A stretch of DNA of 64,000 nt, from NCBI RefSeq assembly GCF_009914755.1, contig NC_060928.1; one strand, written 5' to 3'. The notes below the pieces were generated by a model that worked only from the letters and a program-made list of their open reading frames with translations, did not search any database and was not told where the DNA came from. This stretch comes from the human T2T-CHM13v2.0 reference genome, Homo sapiens. Of the stretch, positions 1-16,456 are shown in pieces. A program made the position numbers and the translations under genes. How positions within the stretch are numbered: the stretch's first letter is position 1; each line of letters opens with the position of its first letter.

Positions 1-134
1 ATTGATCTCAGTTTACTTTACCTTCACCTGATCTCATCACTTTCAGAATAATGCAGAGCATCACACTATATCTGAAGCATTGGGAGAAATTTTTTAAAAA
101 CGGTATGCATATTAAATCATTGACTGAACTCTCA

Positions 135-1988
135 AGGGTTAAAATGTAAGAGGTTTATTCTCCTTTTATCAAGCAGTGTCTACAGACAGAGCATCCACAT
201 GGTGTAAGCTACAAAAGAAGGATGTATGCGACAGACTTACATGAAATCATTAAGTCACAGACACTTTATATGGTTCATGTTCACAAGGAAGAAAATTGCT
301 AAAAAGTAAAGCAGATTCAATAAGTAGAAACATAAGCTGATTTTTGTTGTTTATTAAATCTACCTCGCATGTTTCTGCTAAGAAGAAATCTACTGTATCA
401 CACAGCTCAGGATGCTATATACACATAAGATATTACACACTATAAAATTTCAGGTTTCTAAGCAGTTTTATACAATTTAAACTTGAGTAAAATTTGTATA
501 TTTAAAAAAGACCTTATTGGATTACCTTAAGTAAATGGAGGTCATTTCAACAGCCCATTAACATTTTTTTGCAACAATAAAAACAAAAATAAGTACAAGG
601 ATTTTCAAAACATGTAAGCTATTACTTTAAGCCTGGATAATTATCTGCTTATTTTAATAAACCAGCTCTCTAGTTTTAATCTACTTCTGCTGGCCTTCTC
701 ATTTCCTCTTAAAACAAAACAGAAGCAACAATTTTTACTTTTCTACAGTGTCTCAAGTAGGAGGATTCGTTAGGTTTCAAACTACAGCACATAGTGAGAA
801 GATGCTTTTAGGATTACAAGAAGATGGATAAAAGGAATCATTTGTGGAAATTTTAGAATAAAGGTTTTTGATACATTATATTTAAATAGCAAAAACAATG
901 GAGTACTACATTTTTACTTACCACTGTCGGGCTACCCCTTTATTCCCAACTTATATTACTAATTCTTCTAAGCCACTAATACCTCATCAATTCTCTTGCC
1001 AGTTTTCTTTTCCTAGGTGTTAATTTCCCTATATATGGTTTACTTTAGCAGACAAAAGTAATGTTTCTTTTTTAAAACCGAAAGTTCCTGATGATGAAAC
1101 ATTGGACTATATGAAAAGAAACAATCTATTAATAAATAATCTATTCTGCTAGTAATAAACATCTGTAGGCAGTTGACATCCCAGACAAACTTGCATTAAA
1201 AACATAATGCACTCTAGTGATTGAAAGCAAAATGAGTAGATAGATTGCAAATATTTTGACTGTAATTATTTTTCCTCCCTTCCTCCCCACTTTCTATAGC
1301 ATGCTGCAGATTATACAGTAAATGTCAAGTGGAGTTTGACACCTGTATACAACCTAAGACCAACTTATGCCTTCAATTGGTAGTTCATTGAGGGTTAAAC
1401 AAAAGACTGAAGACAGGATTTGGTGCAAGAGATGTTTTTTAACAACAAGAGATTTATAGTTATGAGAGCATTTAGTATGCAGGCTTTAGTCTTCCTTTTC
1501 CTCCTGTGACATTCCCTTCAAGGCACAAAATATTATAAACAGTGGACAGGACCGAATATTTTGAATTAAGAATTTTAAGTTTCCACAACACCTTTTATTT
1601 CTTGTTTAATCATACCAAAAGGACAGAGAAAAAAAATAAACTACCCTCAAAATGAAATAATGCTTTATGTCATCTGAAATTCCCTGCAGTTTAGTTTTTT
1701 AAATGATTTAAATCCTACTTTATTGTTTAAAGCATAATTTACATATTTGATTCTTGTGACTGATGTGATTTCTCATTAAATATTGTGCTGAGTATTTCTA
1801 ATTAACCAATATAATTAATTGTGTATGTCTTAGTCACTTAGTCAAAAACAATTTATTTTATTTGGACCAACCAAGTAAATTTTGTTTGACTAGGATATAA
1901 ACTTGGAAAGTTAAGTTGTAAATTTAAACAATGGATTAAGTGCAATGTATTGTAAAACGCTTCATTCAATAATTGTATCGTAGGGTTT
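135..1988 (-). other. FSTL5: Probable FSTL5 3'UTR
   Basis: AU-rich sequence directly after the stop, with no repeats I can recognise and several AATAAA hexamers on the minus strand. The distal end is inferred from the hexamer at 154-159. Confidence 0.7.
154..159 (-). terminator. Candidate distal polyadenylation signal AATAAA
   Basis: Plus-strand tttatt at 154-159. T-rich sequence follows downstream on the minus strand. Alternative hexamers at 350-355, 939-944, 1594-1599, 1719-1724 and 1852-1857. Confidence 0.55.
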
Positions 1989-2786
<798 letters not shown>

Positions 2787-5700
2787 CTAATTGTCAGGCG
2801 AGGCAGCAATTTGTGTTACAATTGTGCTAGAATTAATCTGTAGATTGTGCCACTCTCCTTCTTTCTCTAGGTCATTCTTTCATTACATCCAAATCATCAT
2901 AACTCATGCTGTAGAAAGAAAAATAATTAAAAGCAATACATCTAGTTAATTGCAGCAACAAATTTTGCTTTTAACATAGTGGAAAGAAGAAGTATACATT
3001 ATTCTGTAAGTCTCTAGACCATGTAATATTAAATAAGCTTGGTTAACTATTGCCAAACCCAGCAAGAGTAAAAGGCTCGAATATATATTGGTTTCACTCA
3101 TTTCATTTACTTCTTATATTGTTTTTTGACCATTAAATAAATCTGACACTCATCATTATTTAGATAAATTTAAGTATAACATTTTTCAACCTTTCAATGT
3201 TTATATGTTATTTTTAATGATATGCCTGCATTTTATTTGTTATCCTATACTGAATAATGAAGAACTTTATTTTTATATTAAAGCCAATTAAACAATTGTT
3301 TGTTTGTTTTGTTGACCTTAAATTAGTTCAGAACTTTTCAAAGCATATTTGCTAAATATTGCTTGAGAATTATCAGAGATACCTGTGGCAAGTATAAATA
3401 TATTTTTAAACTCACCTAGAACACAAGCAACTTTCTAGCAAAAATAAGTTAAACAAGATACAATGAGATAGAAACTATTAAACAAAATTAAACAAAATTA
3501 TATCCAAAGTAGATATTGGCCAATAGAATTGTAAAGGACTTTTATTTATGTTTGCATTAACAATATTGATTGTCACCTTCTAATAGTTCTAAAAGCTCAT
3601 AATAAAAATAAGAGAAATATTTTTCCATTCACTGTGTTCATAAGTAATACAATGAAATTACCTTATTATGAGTATTAAGATAAAGCAAAACAAAAACTCT
3701 AAAGAGAGCCAATTATGTTATCATCACCTGTGTAATTATCTTTATGCTAATTATCACACATAATTATGACATGTAGTTTTATTTATGTAAAAAATGACCA
3801 TTTCTACACATAGTACAAAATATGGTGCAATCAGAGTAATATCTCTTTAAAATTTTAAATGTCAGCATTTAGCAAGCTCAAAAATATAAATAAACATATA
3901 TTAAATATCATAGAAAAATAAAATATTCTCAAAATCAGTCCCGTTTTGCAATTGCAGAAGAAAGGGAGTGCCTACACACAGATGTTTTACGAAAATAGAC
4001 ATAAAATTGTAATTGTTTCCATTCTTCTTACATTAAATATAGTTGACAAACCATATTATAATTTTAGCTACATTTAAAATTTATGAGGAGACTATTTGCT
4101 GTCATTGGAGAGAGTACAAATTCTTCTATATGAATGAAAATTCACAGTGTATAGCTACTCCTTTATAAAACTTTCTTAAATATTTGTTAAACAACTACTA
4201 AATGCAAGGCACTGGGAATATATTGCAGATCAACATAACTCTCCCTGTCTCCAATGAGTCTAGACATTTTGAGTGATAAAAAAGTGAAACAGGGCTAGTG
4301 AATAAAGCTTGATTATAGCATTCTGCTATACTATTACCTAATTTTGTAACTATTTCTTGTTCCATGTATTTGAAATGGCATAAAGCAATATATTTGAAAA
4401 TAATATTTTGAGTGTATTTCTGAATGATGCCCACCACTTGTAGCTTATTTGCTAACTGTTTATCTTTTCTGTGTCCTTAATAAATGTGTTTGTGTCCTTT
4501 CAGTAAACCCAGCTCATACCATACCCATTCAGGATAAATTTCAGTCTTGATTATGATGGTATGAAGAAACATTCATACTGTTGATAATTACTTATATTTT
4601 CATTAAAATATTAATGCCTTGTGTGTAAACATAGTGTAGTTTTAAAATCCTATCTGAATCATAAGGAATAAAAAAGCTTCAAACTGTCAACTGAGTCCCA
4701 TATTTCTGTGTCTCTGCATCAAAAAATCATAAACATCATAAGTACCACTATGTAATCTCAGATTTGTCTGAAAAACTAATGAACTCCATTTACTATAAAC
4801 AAACATATAACATTTTTCTATTAATGGACAACCATTAAGGATGTATAGGTGTGTAAATATATTGGCATTATTTGCAAAATTATGAATTATGTTGAAAAAT
4901 ATCCTTCTGTTATAATTTGTACATGAGCTCAGAGGAAAAGCAGTACTAGGCTCACTGAATAAAAGCAATAAGCCAATCAAGCTTTGGCATTTCAGCTCTC
5001 CTCTTAACCTTGAGTCTTCTAGTCCCTTTAGGCTAGATTTTCAAATGCTAATGAGGAAGAATGAGACAAGCTCTCTTTACTCCTGAACAATTTTAACTTT
5101 GATACTACCGAATGTACTCAAGTTTTCTGTGATACAATCTAGCTACTTTTGGAAGTAATTAAAAATTTAAAAAAATGGTCCAGTTAAAAATGCAGAAGAT
5201 CTTTGTGGGGTGATAAAATTACATCTATTTTAGCATCTGCATTGTATGCTCCTTTAGGGCTGGAGATGTAGCTACATAAGCAGATGCATGAGAATGCCTG
5301 CAATTTTTCACTGCTGATTTATTGATTAGGAAGTGGTGTCTCTAATTCAAAATTTCCCCTAGTACAGATTGATATTCAGAAGTCTCCCACTGTTCATTAG
5401 TCTCTGATTAATATTTACGAGGCTCTCAACTTTCATGCCTGCTTAGTATAATAAAATCCTGCACAGTATTAGGCCTAACATAGTTTGTCTAGTATTTGTC
5501 AGAATGTGTACAGAAAGTTGCAGACTGAGAAATAAGAGAGTTAAAATTGACTCTCAAAATTACTGCTTTTTCTAGGAAATTAATGCCAATAGAAAAGTGT
5601 GGGCTCTCAGCATAGCATGGTATGGATTGTCAACTTTGGTGAAAAGAGTTATAGTTATTTCTTCTTTCCAAATCATTTTCTCTTTCTGAATGTCTAATCA

Positions 5701-5859
5701 AAGTAGTTTATTATAAAGTTCATAAAAAGGCTCAACTTTAATTACTGCTTTTATGATTTAAGCTAAGATCCTGAAATGATTCATTTGAAGAGACTTGTTT
5801 TGGATGAAGTAAGGGCTTTCATTCCAAGCTAACTTATTTTCATGATCCAGATTTTCAAA

Positions 5860-6015
5860 ATAATAGACCTTACATAAATGTGACCTTATGTAAAGTCCTT
5901 GACTTCCACGAGTTCCAATTTCCTCATCAGCAGGAAGAGGATAAAAGTACTACCTTGCTCTGAGGATGACAGTAAATGTATGTATACTACCAGGCATGCA
6001 GTAGATTCTCAATAA
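5860..6015 (+). mobile_element. MIR SINE fragment
   Basis: tgtgacctt...tttcctcatc...gataaaagtactacct resembles the MIR core; highly diverged. Confidence 0.55.
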
Positions 6016-8476
6016 ATAGAAACTGCCAGTCCTTTACACCATGAGTAGCATTATTTTCCAATTATTAATCACATAAAACATTCTCTGTGGGACAACAGAT
6101 TATTATAACCCAAGGATGAGAAAAATACCACAAACTTATTATCAATTTTTCTGTGCAGGTAATATTCTTACAACGTTAAAAATAAATAGTGTTACCCAAG
6201 TGTGGCTATAACTTTCCATTCATGTATATTAGAGAGATCACATTGACAATAAAAACACATGTTTTTATTCTTGCTCTCACTTGTACCAACAGTGTCTATG
6301 TCCAGTCCACATATTGGTTTATCACCAAATATCTCACATTGTTAAAAATAAAGACAGTCTAGCTCACTCTACCTCCACCTTCACTAGAGGCACTGCTTCA
6401 GTACTTACTGAGAACATGGAGCAGTAGGCTATGGGGTACTAGGTGAACCTGAGCTCTGCACAGATGATGGGATTTAAAATAGATCCTCGGCTTACCCAAG
6501 AATTTTTGCTAAAAGTCACAGAAAATTTTGTGGCTTACTTTAGGACCTGGATATCAAAGGATATGGAGAGGTTGCAGTCAGCATTTATGTCACAGCAATT
6601 CAGGAGACTTGTAAGGGAAGTTATTTGGCCGAGGAAGGAAGAGAACAGTATTTAGGGATGCATGGTTGAAAACCACAAAGCCTGATAGAGTCAGTGCTTG
6701 AAGGTCTTCACATCCCCAAAAGCCAGGCAGCAATTCTTGCAATTGAGTAATGGATGGTTTCCCAAGTCCTTTACTCAGTCCCTGGTCACAAAGTCTCATA
6801 AAACAGGGTTCCAGGCCTTGTCACCTGAGCACTTGCCACGTTACAATGCTCCTATTCTCTTTTCAAATTAGTCACCTGAGATGCTACTGAAGAAATCTCA
6901 TGATTGCAAGCAATTCCCTGTGTCAACTTGTCATGGTCACCACCAAGAGCAATGTCCTCATATGGTCCCAGATACATTAAAGCTCGTAAGTATAGAACTC
7001 TGGAAGATTTGCAGAATAACAATTATTCTATCTCCTGGCTTAACATAGCACTGCCTGTCTCCAGAGTCCTTAGAACTTCTCATCTCAACAGTTCTTCTCA
7101 CTACTGACTTTCAATGTTTACCCACTGAGGCTCAATCTCCATACAAACAGCTGGGAAAGGACCAAATGCTTCCTCTCCATTCCTGCATGATCTTACTCCT
7201 CCAACCCCATCATCTACACCACCTCAGATTTCAAAACAAGCCTTCGCACGCGCATTAATTGTTGCAAATGAAAAGTAGTGAGGGGTGATTAGGTGTATTT
7301 GAGGAATGGGTTAGCCAAACACTCTATCCTGTTATAAAAACCAACTGTGCTGCAATTCACATCTAAAACAAAAGCATTTTGAAAGCTGTTCCGATGTCCC
7401 AATTATTAAAGTCATATTCTTTGAAAAAAAATTCCAGAACCACAGAATTTGAACAGCCATAGGAATTTGTATTATGGGAATTTTACTTGTGAAGGCTTAA
7501 ATCCAAAACACATGATTAAGTGGTTAGTGTTTTATAAATAAGTGTGGGTCATATTATTAATATCTAGCTTTTCTAATTGGATTATAAATGTCATGTTTTC
7601 TAACTGAAAGGTAAATGCTGAACATATAAGATGCTATAATCATAATTCTTCCCCTACACATAATTAATAAGTAAACCCACTCAAAATACGCTGTTTCAAT
7701 GACATCTTCCATTATGTTATAGCTGACACAGTATTTTCATGGACATAAACCATAAATCTGACATGAGCTATCATTCATTTATGAATAAATGAATATAAAG
7801 GAATTTATATTTAGTTTTTTCTATTATCCCACACCAACCCTTGTAAGAAAAGATTGAATGTCCTTCCTACTCAAGTACCAGAGGATTCAGTTTTTATCTG
7901 AACATCATCACATAAATAGTTCAGTAAAACATACCTGTTTATAAAGGGTGGTCACATTCATGTTTGTGAGAGGGGAAGCAGAGAGAACTGGAATTGCCAC
8001 ATTTAGTAAAGATTTATTACAAGAGCAAGGACAGTTTCTGAATGGTCCTAATGCTTAGATGTGTTTGAGAAATGATAGCACTTTGAAGTTTTCTGTTTCC
8101 AAAGCATAGGTTAAAGAAGCTAAAATAAACCACAGGCTATTCTCCCACCTGAATAAGTACATCATAGAAATTCTACATTAAACGTTTTAGCTATATTACT
8201 TCTTCCCTAAATTTCACTTTTAGACTTTTTTTCCTTAAAAAACTAGAATGTGCTTCTAAACATGGAAGTCCTTATTTTCTTTCAGTATTCTATTTATTCT
8301 GATATGTAGGGACTCTAATTGTTCTAGGCAAAATCAAAACCGAAATCCATAATTTAATTATAGTACATTCAAAGTGTCCAGTTGCTTAACAGGATTAGTA
8401 TTGCAGTATAAAGGTCTACCACTTCTAGTGAGTAATTGGGACATATGGCTAAATCAGATTTTTAAATTTTAATTAA

Positions 8477-8767
8477 TTTTTTTTTTTTGAGACAGGGTTT
8501 CACTCTGTTGCCCAAGCTGGAGTTCAGTGGCCAGATCTTAGGTAACTGCAGCCTCTGACTCCTGGGCTCAAGGGAATCCCTGCCTCAAACTCCTGAGTAG
8601 CTGGGACTACAGGCATATACCACATGCCTTGCTAATTTTCGTATTTTTTGTAGAGATGGGTCTCGCTGTGCTGCCAAGGCTAGCCTTGAACTCCTGGATT
8701 CCAAGGATCCTCCCACCTTGGCCTCCCAGTGTGCTGAGATTATAGAAATAAACCACTGTACTCAGGT
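8477..8767 (-). mobile_element. Alu, AluJ-like (old)
   Basis: Poly(T), then gagacagggtttcactctgttgcccaagctgg...ctcctgggctcaag...; CpG-depleted with J-type features. Confidence 0.9.
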
Positions 8768-9072
8768 AAAATCTGTGTACATCATATACATTGTAGATTG
8801 TATTTCAAATATTAAAGCCCTCTAACTCTTTTTCAGGAGATTAAGAGCTTAGGACATGAAACTGACAACTATGTCTTAAGGTGGCATTTTATAAAATTGG
8901 TTGTTCTTCCTAATTTGGGATTGAAAAAATAACCTGAAAATCTGAAAAGAGTAGCTTCCCTAAAGTCACTCATTTTTCTGATTAATGTGTGTTTTATGCA
9001 GGAGTTGATAAATGGGTCAGAGGTGGCATAGAAGAAACAGAGTAAGCAATTAGAAGAATGAGAAAATGTTTA

Positions 9073-9444
<372 letters not shown>

Positions 9445-9984
9445 TTAATCAAAAAATATTACCAATGTGTTCATTTTATACATGCAAGAGAGAGATAGTA
9501 ACTGAAAAAAAAATTTATGAAGAAACAGGTTTTGCATGAGTTGGATTCTAGATACCATATGACCAAATTCAATAATTATGCACAATCTACTATGTGTGTA
9601 CACTGTGTAAAACACTATGAAGGAAATGGAGAGAAAATAAATGGTCTTTATCCTTAAGGTAAACTACAGTCAAGCAGAAGGGTGCTTATATTCCTATGCC
9701 CTGACTTTCAAAGAGTGTTTCCGGAACCTCTTCGAAGATGGGAGAAGGGATGGATGTAGCTACATCCCGGCTTCAGCTAGTAAATTACATTTTTGTTATG
9801 TTAGGCTTTCATTTGAAGAGAGAGTTTATATTGGTCTAGATGCCAGAAGGAAAGGGCAAATTCTAATTGGAATAAATCAAGAGGGGCACAATAAAGTGAC
9901 TATTTTCAGAGAAGTGTCAACTGACCACAAGGGTAATGCGGTAATATGAGGAGAGTAACAATGAAGCTGTTACCACTGCTGGTC

Positions 9985-10235
9985 CTGGAAGAAAGGAGCT
10001 ATTTGCAAATGTATGCTTCCTGAGGAGCTGTGAATTCTGATCTGAGGAAACCACTGCTCTCCTATAAATGAGCAGACAAGGAGCCAATGGTGGGGGCTAG
10101 TACTCTGGTCCCACTCCTTGCAATCTCCAGTCAGGCCTCTCATTTTCCAAACCAACAAGAAACCATATTAGCGAGCCTTTTGGGATGGAGGGCAAGGTGC
10201 AGAGCAGTGGCAAGTGTATCTGGGGATGGAAACGC
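9985..10235. mobile_element. Possible old ERVL/MaLR LTR fragment (LTR33-like)
   Basis: GC-richer block; ctctcattttccaaaccaacaagaaacca resembles a remembered LTR33-type motif. Weak call. Confidence 0.3.
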
Positions 10236-10515
10236 AAAACAGCAGTCACAGAGTTCCTTAGCTAAAGAGTGTGAAAAACTAAAGTCTAGTTAATGTATAG
10301 AGCTACATGGAGTGAGGACGTGACATGTATATTTAATTTCTAATAGGGTTCATTTGACAGCTGATAAAGAAAAATTGTATCAACTTTGCAAGTGGGGAAC
10401 ATAAATTGTTTTAACTTTTGTTTTTACCTGAAATGAATATTTAGGTAACATTTTCTTACTTCTGGTAAAGTTTTAGAAAATGCTTCTTAACATTTAATTA
10501 TAGGTAAAATACCCA

Positions 10516-10817
<302 letters not shown>

Positions 10818-12150
10818 AATACACGTAATTTTAATAACCATGTAGTAAAGGTTACACATATGATCAATACTAGTTAATGTATTATTATTTTCCAATTACC
10901 CTTTACAATTTCTCCAGACACATTAAAACTGCATGAGTAATTATTGCTTACCAGACTATGTAATATACATAAAATAGGTTGTAATATATGTTTAGAAATT
11001 TATCTGGATTTGCTATTTTTAAAAAAGTTTATATTTTGGTTTGCATGTTTTGGGATATGTGCAAATTAGGGAAAATAAAGTCAAAGTTGTGTTTTGCTTT
11101 TAGGGTCTTCAAATTATCTCTAAATAAACATTTGGAAGCATTTTAGCCTTTGACTCCTATGTTTTCCTTGAGCTATTCAATTAATGGTTGGATTTATTTA
11201 ACTATTATTGATTTAAGAAGAAATAGCCTTTTTGTAGATACCAAATTTTAAATGAAAGACAAGAGATAAATCCTGAAGGGATTTAAATAACAAACAGATT
11301 CTAGAAGCAGGTATTCTAAAAACCTGAGAGTGAACAAATTCTCCAGGTCAAGGCCTATCATCAAAATTATATTTCAGAACTAAAAATACAATAGTAACCA
11401 ATAGAACAATAAAAGATGAAGATATTTAGCAGATTAGAAATTGCAAACATAGGGGCAAAGATGATATAATAGAATATAGGTAACACTAGAAAATAAACTG
11501 TAAACCTACTGTTAAACTAGAATAATTTGAAATGTCAAGGGGCACAAAATAATATAAAATTAATACATTTTATATATACTAACAAAAACAAGAGAGAGAA
11601 TTGGAAAAATGACTATTAGCAACTAAAAAGGTAAAATATCTATGAACACGCAGAAGCAGAAATAAATTTTTCTTTCTATTGCAATTAAAAATGACTGAAA
11701 TAAATAGAAATCTATCATATTCCTTTAAAATGTTAAAACTCAATCTATAAATTTAATATACTCTTTCAAAATATTAACATTTTATAATTAGATTGGCTGA
11801 TTCTAAAATCTAAAATTAAAATACTAATGCTGTTTAACTTGGTAAACTGACTGTAAATTTTATGGAAACCCTACCATAAAAGACAGCCAATAGGTTTTGA
11901 GGAGAAAAACTGTGGGAGATTTTTTTCTCCTGCATATTTATACATATTATACAGGTTCTAGAAGGAAATCAGTGAAGAATTTATTTATTAAGAAAGAGAA
12001 AGACCAGTGAAATAAATAGACTGTTCAGAAATATACTACATGTATATGGGCTGCAAGTGGAAAGTAATGGACTATTCATAAAATCAGGACAAATATAAAG
12101 CTACCTCAAGAGAGAGACAAACAGTTGAACTAATACCTTAAATACTAGAT

Positions 12151-12545
12151 TGTTATAACAATGGCCTCCAATTAATCCTACCTGCCAGTATCAATGCCCT
12201 TGGGTAGTCCTCTCCCACACTGACCCTAGACTTGGCCATGTGACTTGTTTATGCCCATGGGATATCAGCAAACAGGAGGAAGCAGAGACTTGACCAGTTA
12301 GGGCCTTCCCTCTTAGAGTACTGCAGTCACTTTTTGAAGAATGTTGTATAGGATCATTGATCATAAAAAAAAAAAACACTGCGAGAGAAGCCCACCCATC
12401 CCAGATACCCTAGCTGAGCTCAGCCATCAACCAATCCAAAAGTGACCGAAGTTACATGAACGCACACATGACTGATTAAGTAAAATGTGGTGGGCCACAC
12501 TATAGATTTCTATGGATGATTATAAAGCAGTAGACTAAATATACA
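12151..12545 (+). mobile_element. MaLR solo LTR (MLT1G/H-like)
   Basis: tgttataacaatggcctcc...gtagtcctctcccacactgaccctagacttggccatgtgacttg...agcagtagactaaatataca. Confidence 0.7.
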
Positions 12546-12603
12546 CAGAGCAACAAGAATATTTCTTTAAAATGTAGGATTGAAAGAAAATAAGTAAGAC
12601 ACA

Positions 12604-12955
<352 letters not shown>

Positions 12956-15425
12956 TTACATAAATGAAAACTGTAAAAAAAAAAACAGCAAACACAAACA
13001 AGCCCAAAAGCTATACCCATTTTATAAGAAAAATACAAAGCAAAGGATACTTTAAACATGAGAGTTGTTGACTACACGGTTTGGAGAAGGAAAATTAAAG
13101 TGTGGAATAGAAATAAAGACAATTGATAAACTAATAAAAGAAGGATCTTGTCCATATAAATAATTGTGGTATTCTGTGAACTAGGGAGTATAATGAATTA
13201 ATTCAACTCTCTTTACTCTCTTCTACCCCAAATCAAAAGATCAGTTACTTATCTTAAGGATGGGAGTAGCACTTTACAAGTGTAGAAACTGTGCAGGTGA
13301 AAGGCAGGGGATAAAAGGGAGATTTTTCAAAATACATAACTTCTGTTTGTATGCCTTTAACAATGTGAATGTCTTACCCATGCAACAAATTTTGTTCTAG
13401 GTCAAAAACACAAAGAAAACTATTCGATGATATTTTCCTAAATATAATATAAATTTCCTGATTTTATATAGTCCTTGTATATGTATATATACATGCACAT
13501 AAAAACCTCTATATACACGCACATACATACTACACTCCATTGTTATAAATTTAAACAATGTAGTGGTGTTTTAACAAGACAGAAAATATTGGTGGAATAG
13601 AATAAAGGTTTTAGAAGCAAACATATCATATGTATAAAATTAATAATAGAATAAAGGTAGCATTTTATATCAGTAGGGAAAATATAGGCTATATAATATA
13701 GTGGGTTGAGCTAAACACTGTATAATCTAGAGTATTGAGGTAATTTAATATTAAACACATGTATATATAATTTTTAACATAAAATGATATCTATATCGAT
13801 GAAAAAATTGAAGTGAATAAAATTATATATAGTATTTGACGATTGGTATTAATAGTATTATAATGCTATTAGAAACAAAAAACATACATATTGAAGAAGA
13901 GACTTTTTAAAGCAAGATAAAAGTCATATAAGTTAAAAGCATAAAGCTTGACAAAGGTGACTATATTAAAAATAAACAATGGTTAAGGTAATCTAACAAA
14001 TGAGAGAAAATATGACAGAAAAGGTCAATATTCTGACTATAAAATGAATTATTAATAGTCAAAACAAGAAAAGAACTGAAAAGGAAATGTAACAAATGGC
14101 TATTACTCATATAAGGGAGGAATTAATGATCTATAAACATCAGAAGATTCACAATCTTATAAATAATTAGATGAATGTAAATTAAATCCCTAAAAAGTTA
14201 TATGTATTTCACCATTTAATTAGCAACAACAATAAAGTGTGTTAAGATCCAAGACTGCTAAGGAAGTGAACAAATATAATCTCTCATATAGTATTGGTAG
14301 AAACGTAATTGTTTTAGGTTTTCTGGATAACGATTTGGCATTATTCTGTAAAAGTTAAGTTGTGACTCTGCTTTAATAAAGCAATAATGTCCCTCAGTAT
14401 TTACCCTTAATAAATGCTCATAAATGACCACAAAGTAGCATGCACAAGGATATTTATTGCAGCACTGGTTGCAACAAGAAAATGTAGAAATATTCAAATG
14501 TAAAACATTAGACAAGTGCTTAAACAATGAACCTTCCACCAAATGAAATTCCACGCTGCAGTTGTAAAAATGATAGTGTATTAGTACTGACACAGAGATG
14601 TCTCCAAAATTATTCATTTTAAATTGAATATATTCCAGATATAAAAACTACTGCATATTTTAATGCTCTTTTATGTAATTGCTTCAGTAAATAATCTGAG
14701 AGATTACTCAACAACCTGCTCCATCGTCCTAAAGAGAAAGAGCTATGAGCCCTTATAAAAGGAGACTTTTCTTCTTACCATATACACTTCTGCATTGTTT
14801 GGATATTGCTTCTGTGCATCAAAAAATATAAAGAAAATACTCAACTTTTCAACTTCATTATGTTTTAACTAAATGAAATTGTATCAGTTAGTCTCAATTT
14901 AATTTCACAAATTAGAAGTACATAATTTTAAAGAGTGCTCAATGGAATAGGCACTTTCTTATATTCCTAATGGCAGTGTAACTTGCATGTACAAAATAAT
15001 TAATAATTAGCATGAAGGTTATTCCACATATGTCTGCCCCTTGTGATACTAACTCACTTCTGGTCAACTATTCTGAGGAAATAACAATAAATATGAATAA
15101 AGCTTTATGCATGAATACAATCTTCACATTATTATGTTGTAGGAAACATTTTAAGCAATTTAAAAGCCCAGACATAAATGAATATTTATGTAAATGACAA
15201 ATGATATAGCCACTTGGTGCAATAGAATACACGTTAAAAAATGTTTATAAAACACTAATTTAAGATTCAATAAATTATATAAACATAGCACAATACTGTA
15301 TGAATGGTATAATTAAGTCATTAAAAATAAAATAAGCGAAGTCTGTGCATGGACTGAAGAGATACATGCTCAGAGGTTAACTGTGGTTATGGAAAACTGC
15401 ATTAAACTTGTTTTGTTATGTTTTA

Positions 15426-16456
15426 CAGCTGACCCCTTAACAACATAGGGGATAGTGGCACTGATGTCATGAATGGTCAAAAACCTGCTCATAACTTTTC
15501 ACTCCCCAGAAACGTAATTACTAAGAGCCTACTGCTGACCTGAAGCCTTACGGTAACATAAACAATTAACACATATTTTGTATGTTATATAAATTGTATA
15601 ATTTATTCTTACAATAAAGTAAGCTAGAGGAAAGAAAATGTTATTTAGAAAATCATAATGAAGAGAAAATACACTTACAGTACTGTACTATATTTTTCAT
15701 TGCCATAAGTTTGCATCATCTGTTTACAAGATGAATAGTCTAAAACGGCAGGCAACCACATCTGTAGACCTCCATCTATGGTACATTATCGAGCCAACCA
15801 ACTTTTTTTTTCATATTATGACTTAATTCTGATCCTTGGGAGCATTTCCACATCACTTAGTGGTACTTTGTAAGCGTCTCATAATGTTATTCAAAGTTTA
15901 TGGCATTGCATTGAACATGGTCAAGAATACTTGAGCACCGTGAGTGAGACTTTTTACTGTGATACAAAATTTAATAGAGAGACGAACTGCTCACGTGGAG
16001 TGGAGATGATTGCATTTTATGAGGATACTTGCAACACTTTAGCTCACTACAAGAGCAATAGGAGGTGGCTATTAAGTAGTACAGTATGTACTACAGTTAA
16101 TTTTATGCAGTTATAATTTAATATTGCATCTTGGTTTGTTTACATTTCTCTGGACTGTGAATGGCGCTATGTACAGTATGTAAGCGATTGTGTGAATAAG
16201 TCTGGATAAATGTTAACTTCTTATAATAGATTTGTTTATAATTAATAATAGCAAATAATAAAATAGACTAGTATCTAAATCTATTATATGCTTCATAATA
16301 TACACAACTTTTATTTCATTTCTTCACATTTCTAGACTACACGGTTGTTCTGAGAATTTTTTCAAATTGTCCAAATCTCCAAAATAAACTTCCATATTTT
16401 TATGAAAAAAATCAGTGAACCTGTGGAGTTCAAACCTATATTATTCAGGTCAACTG
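15426..16456. mobile_element. Tigger2-family (TcMar-Tigger) non-autonomous DNA transposon, ~1.03 kb
   Basis: Terminal inverted repeats cagctgaccccttaacaac ... ttattcaggtcaactg; TA on the left flank; internal aacacatattttgtatgttat...aataaagtaagctagag is typical of Tigger2-type elements. Confidence 0.8.

Noticed and set aside
5866-5897. Small hairpin gaccttacataa...ttatgtaaagtc as a miRNA or terminator
   Set aside because: A 12-bp imperfect stem in AT-rich MIR-derived DNA; too short to support a call.
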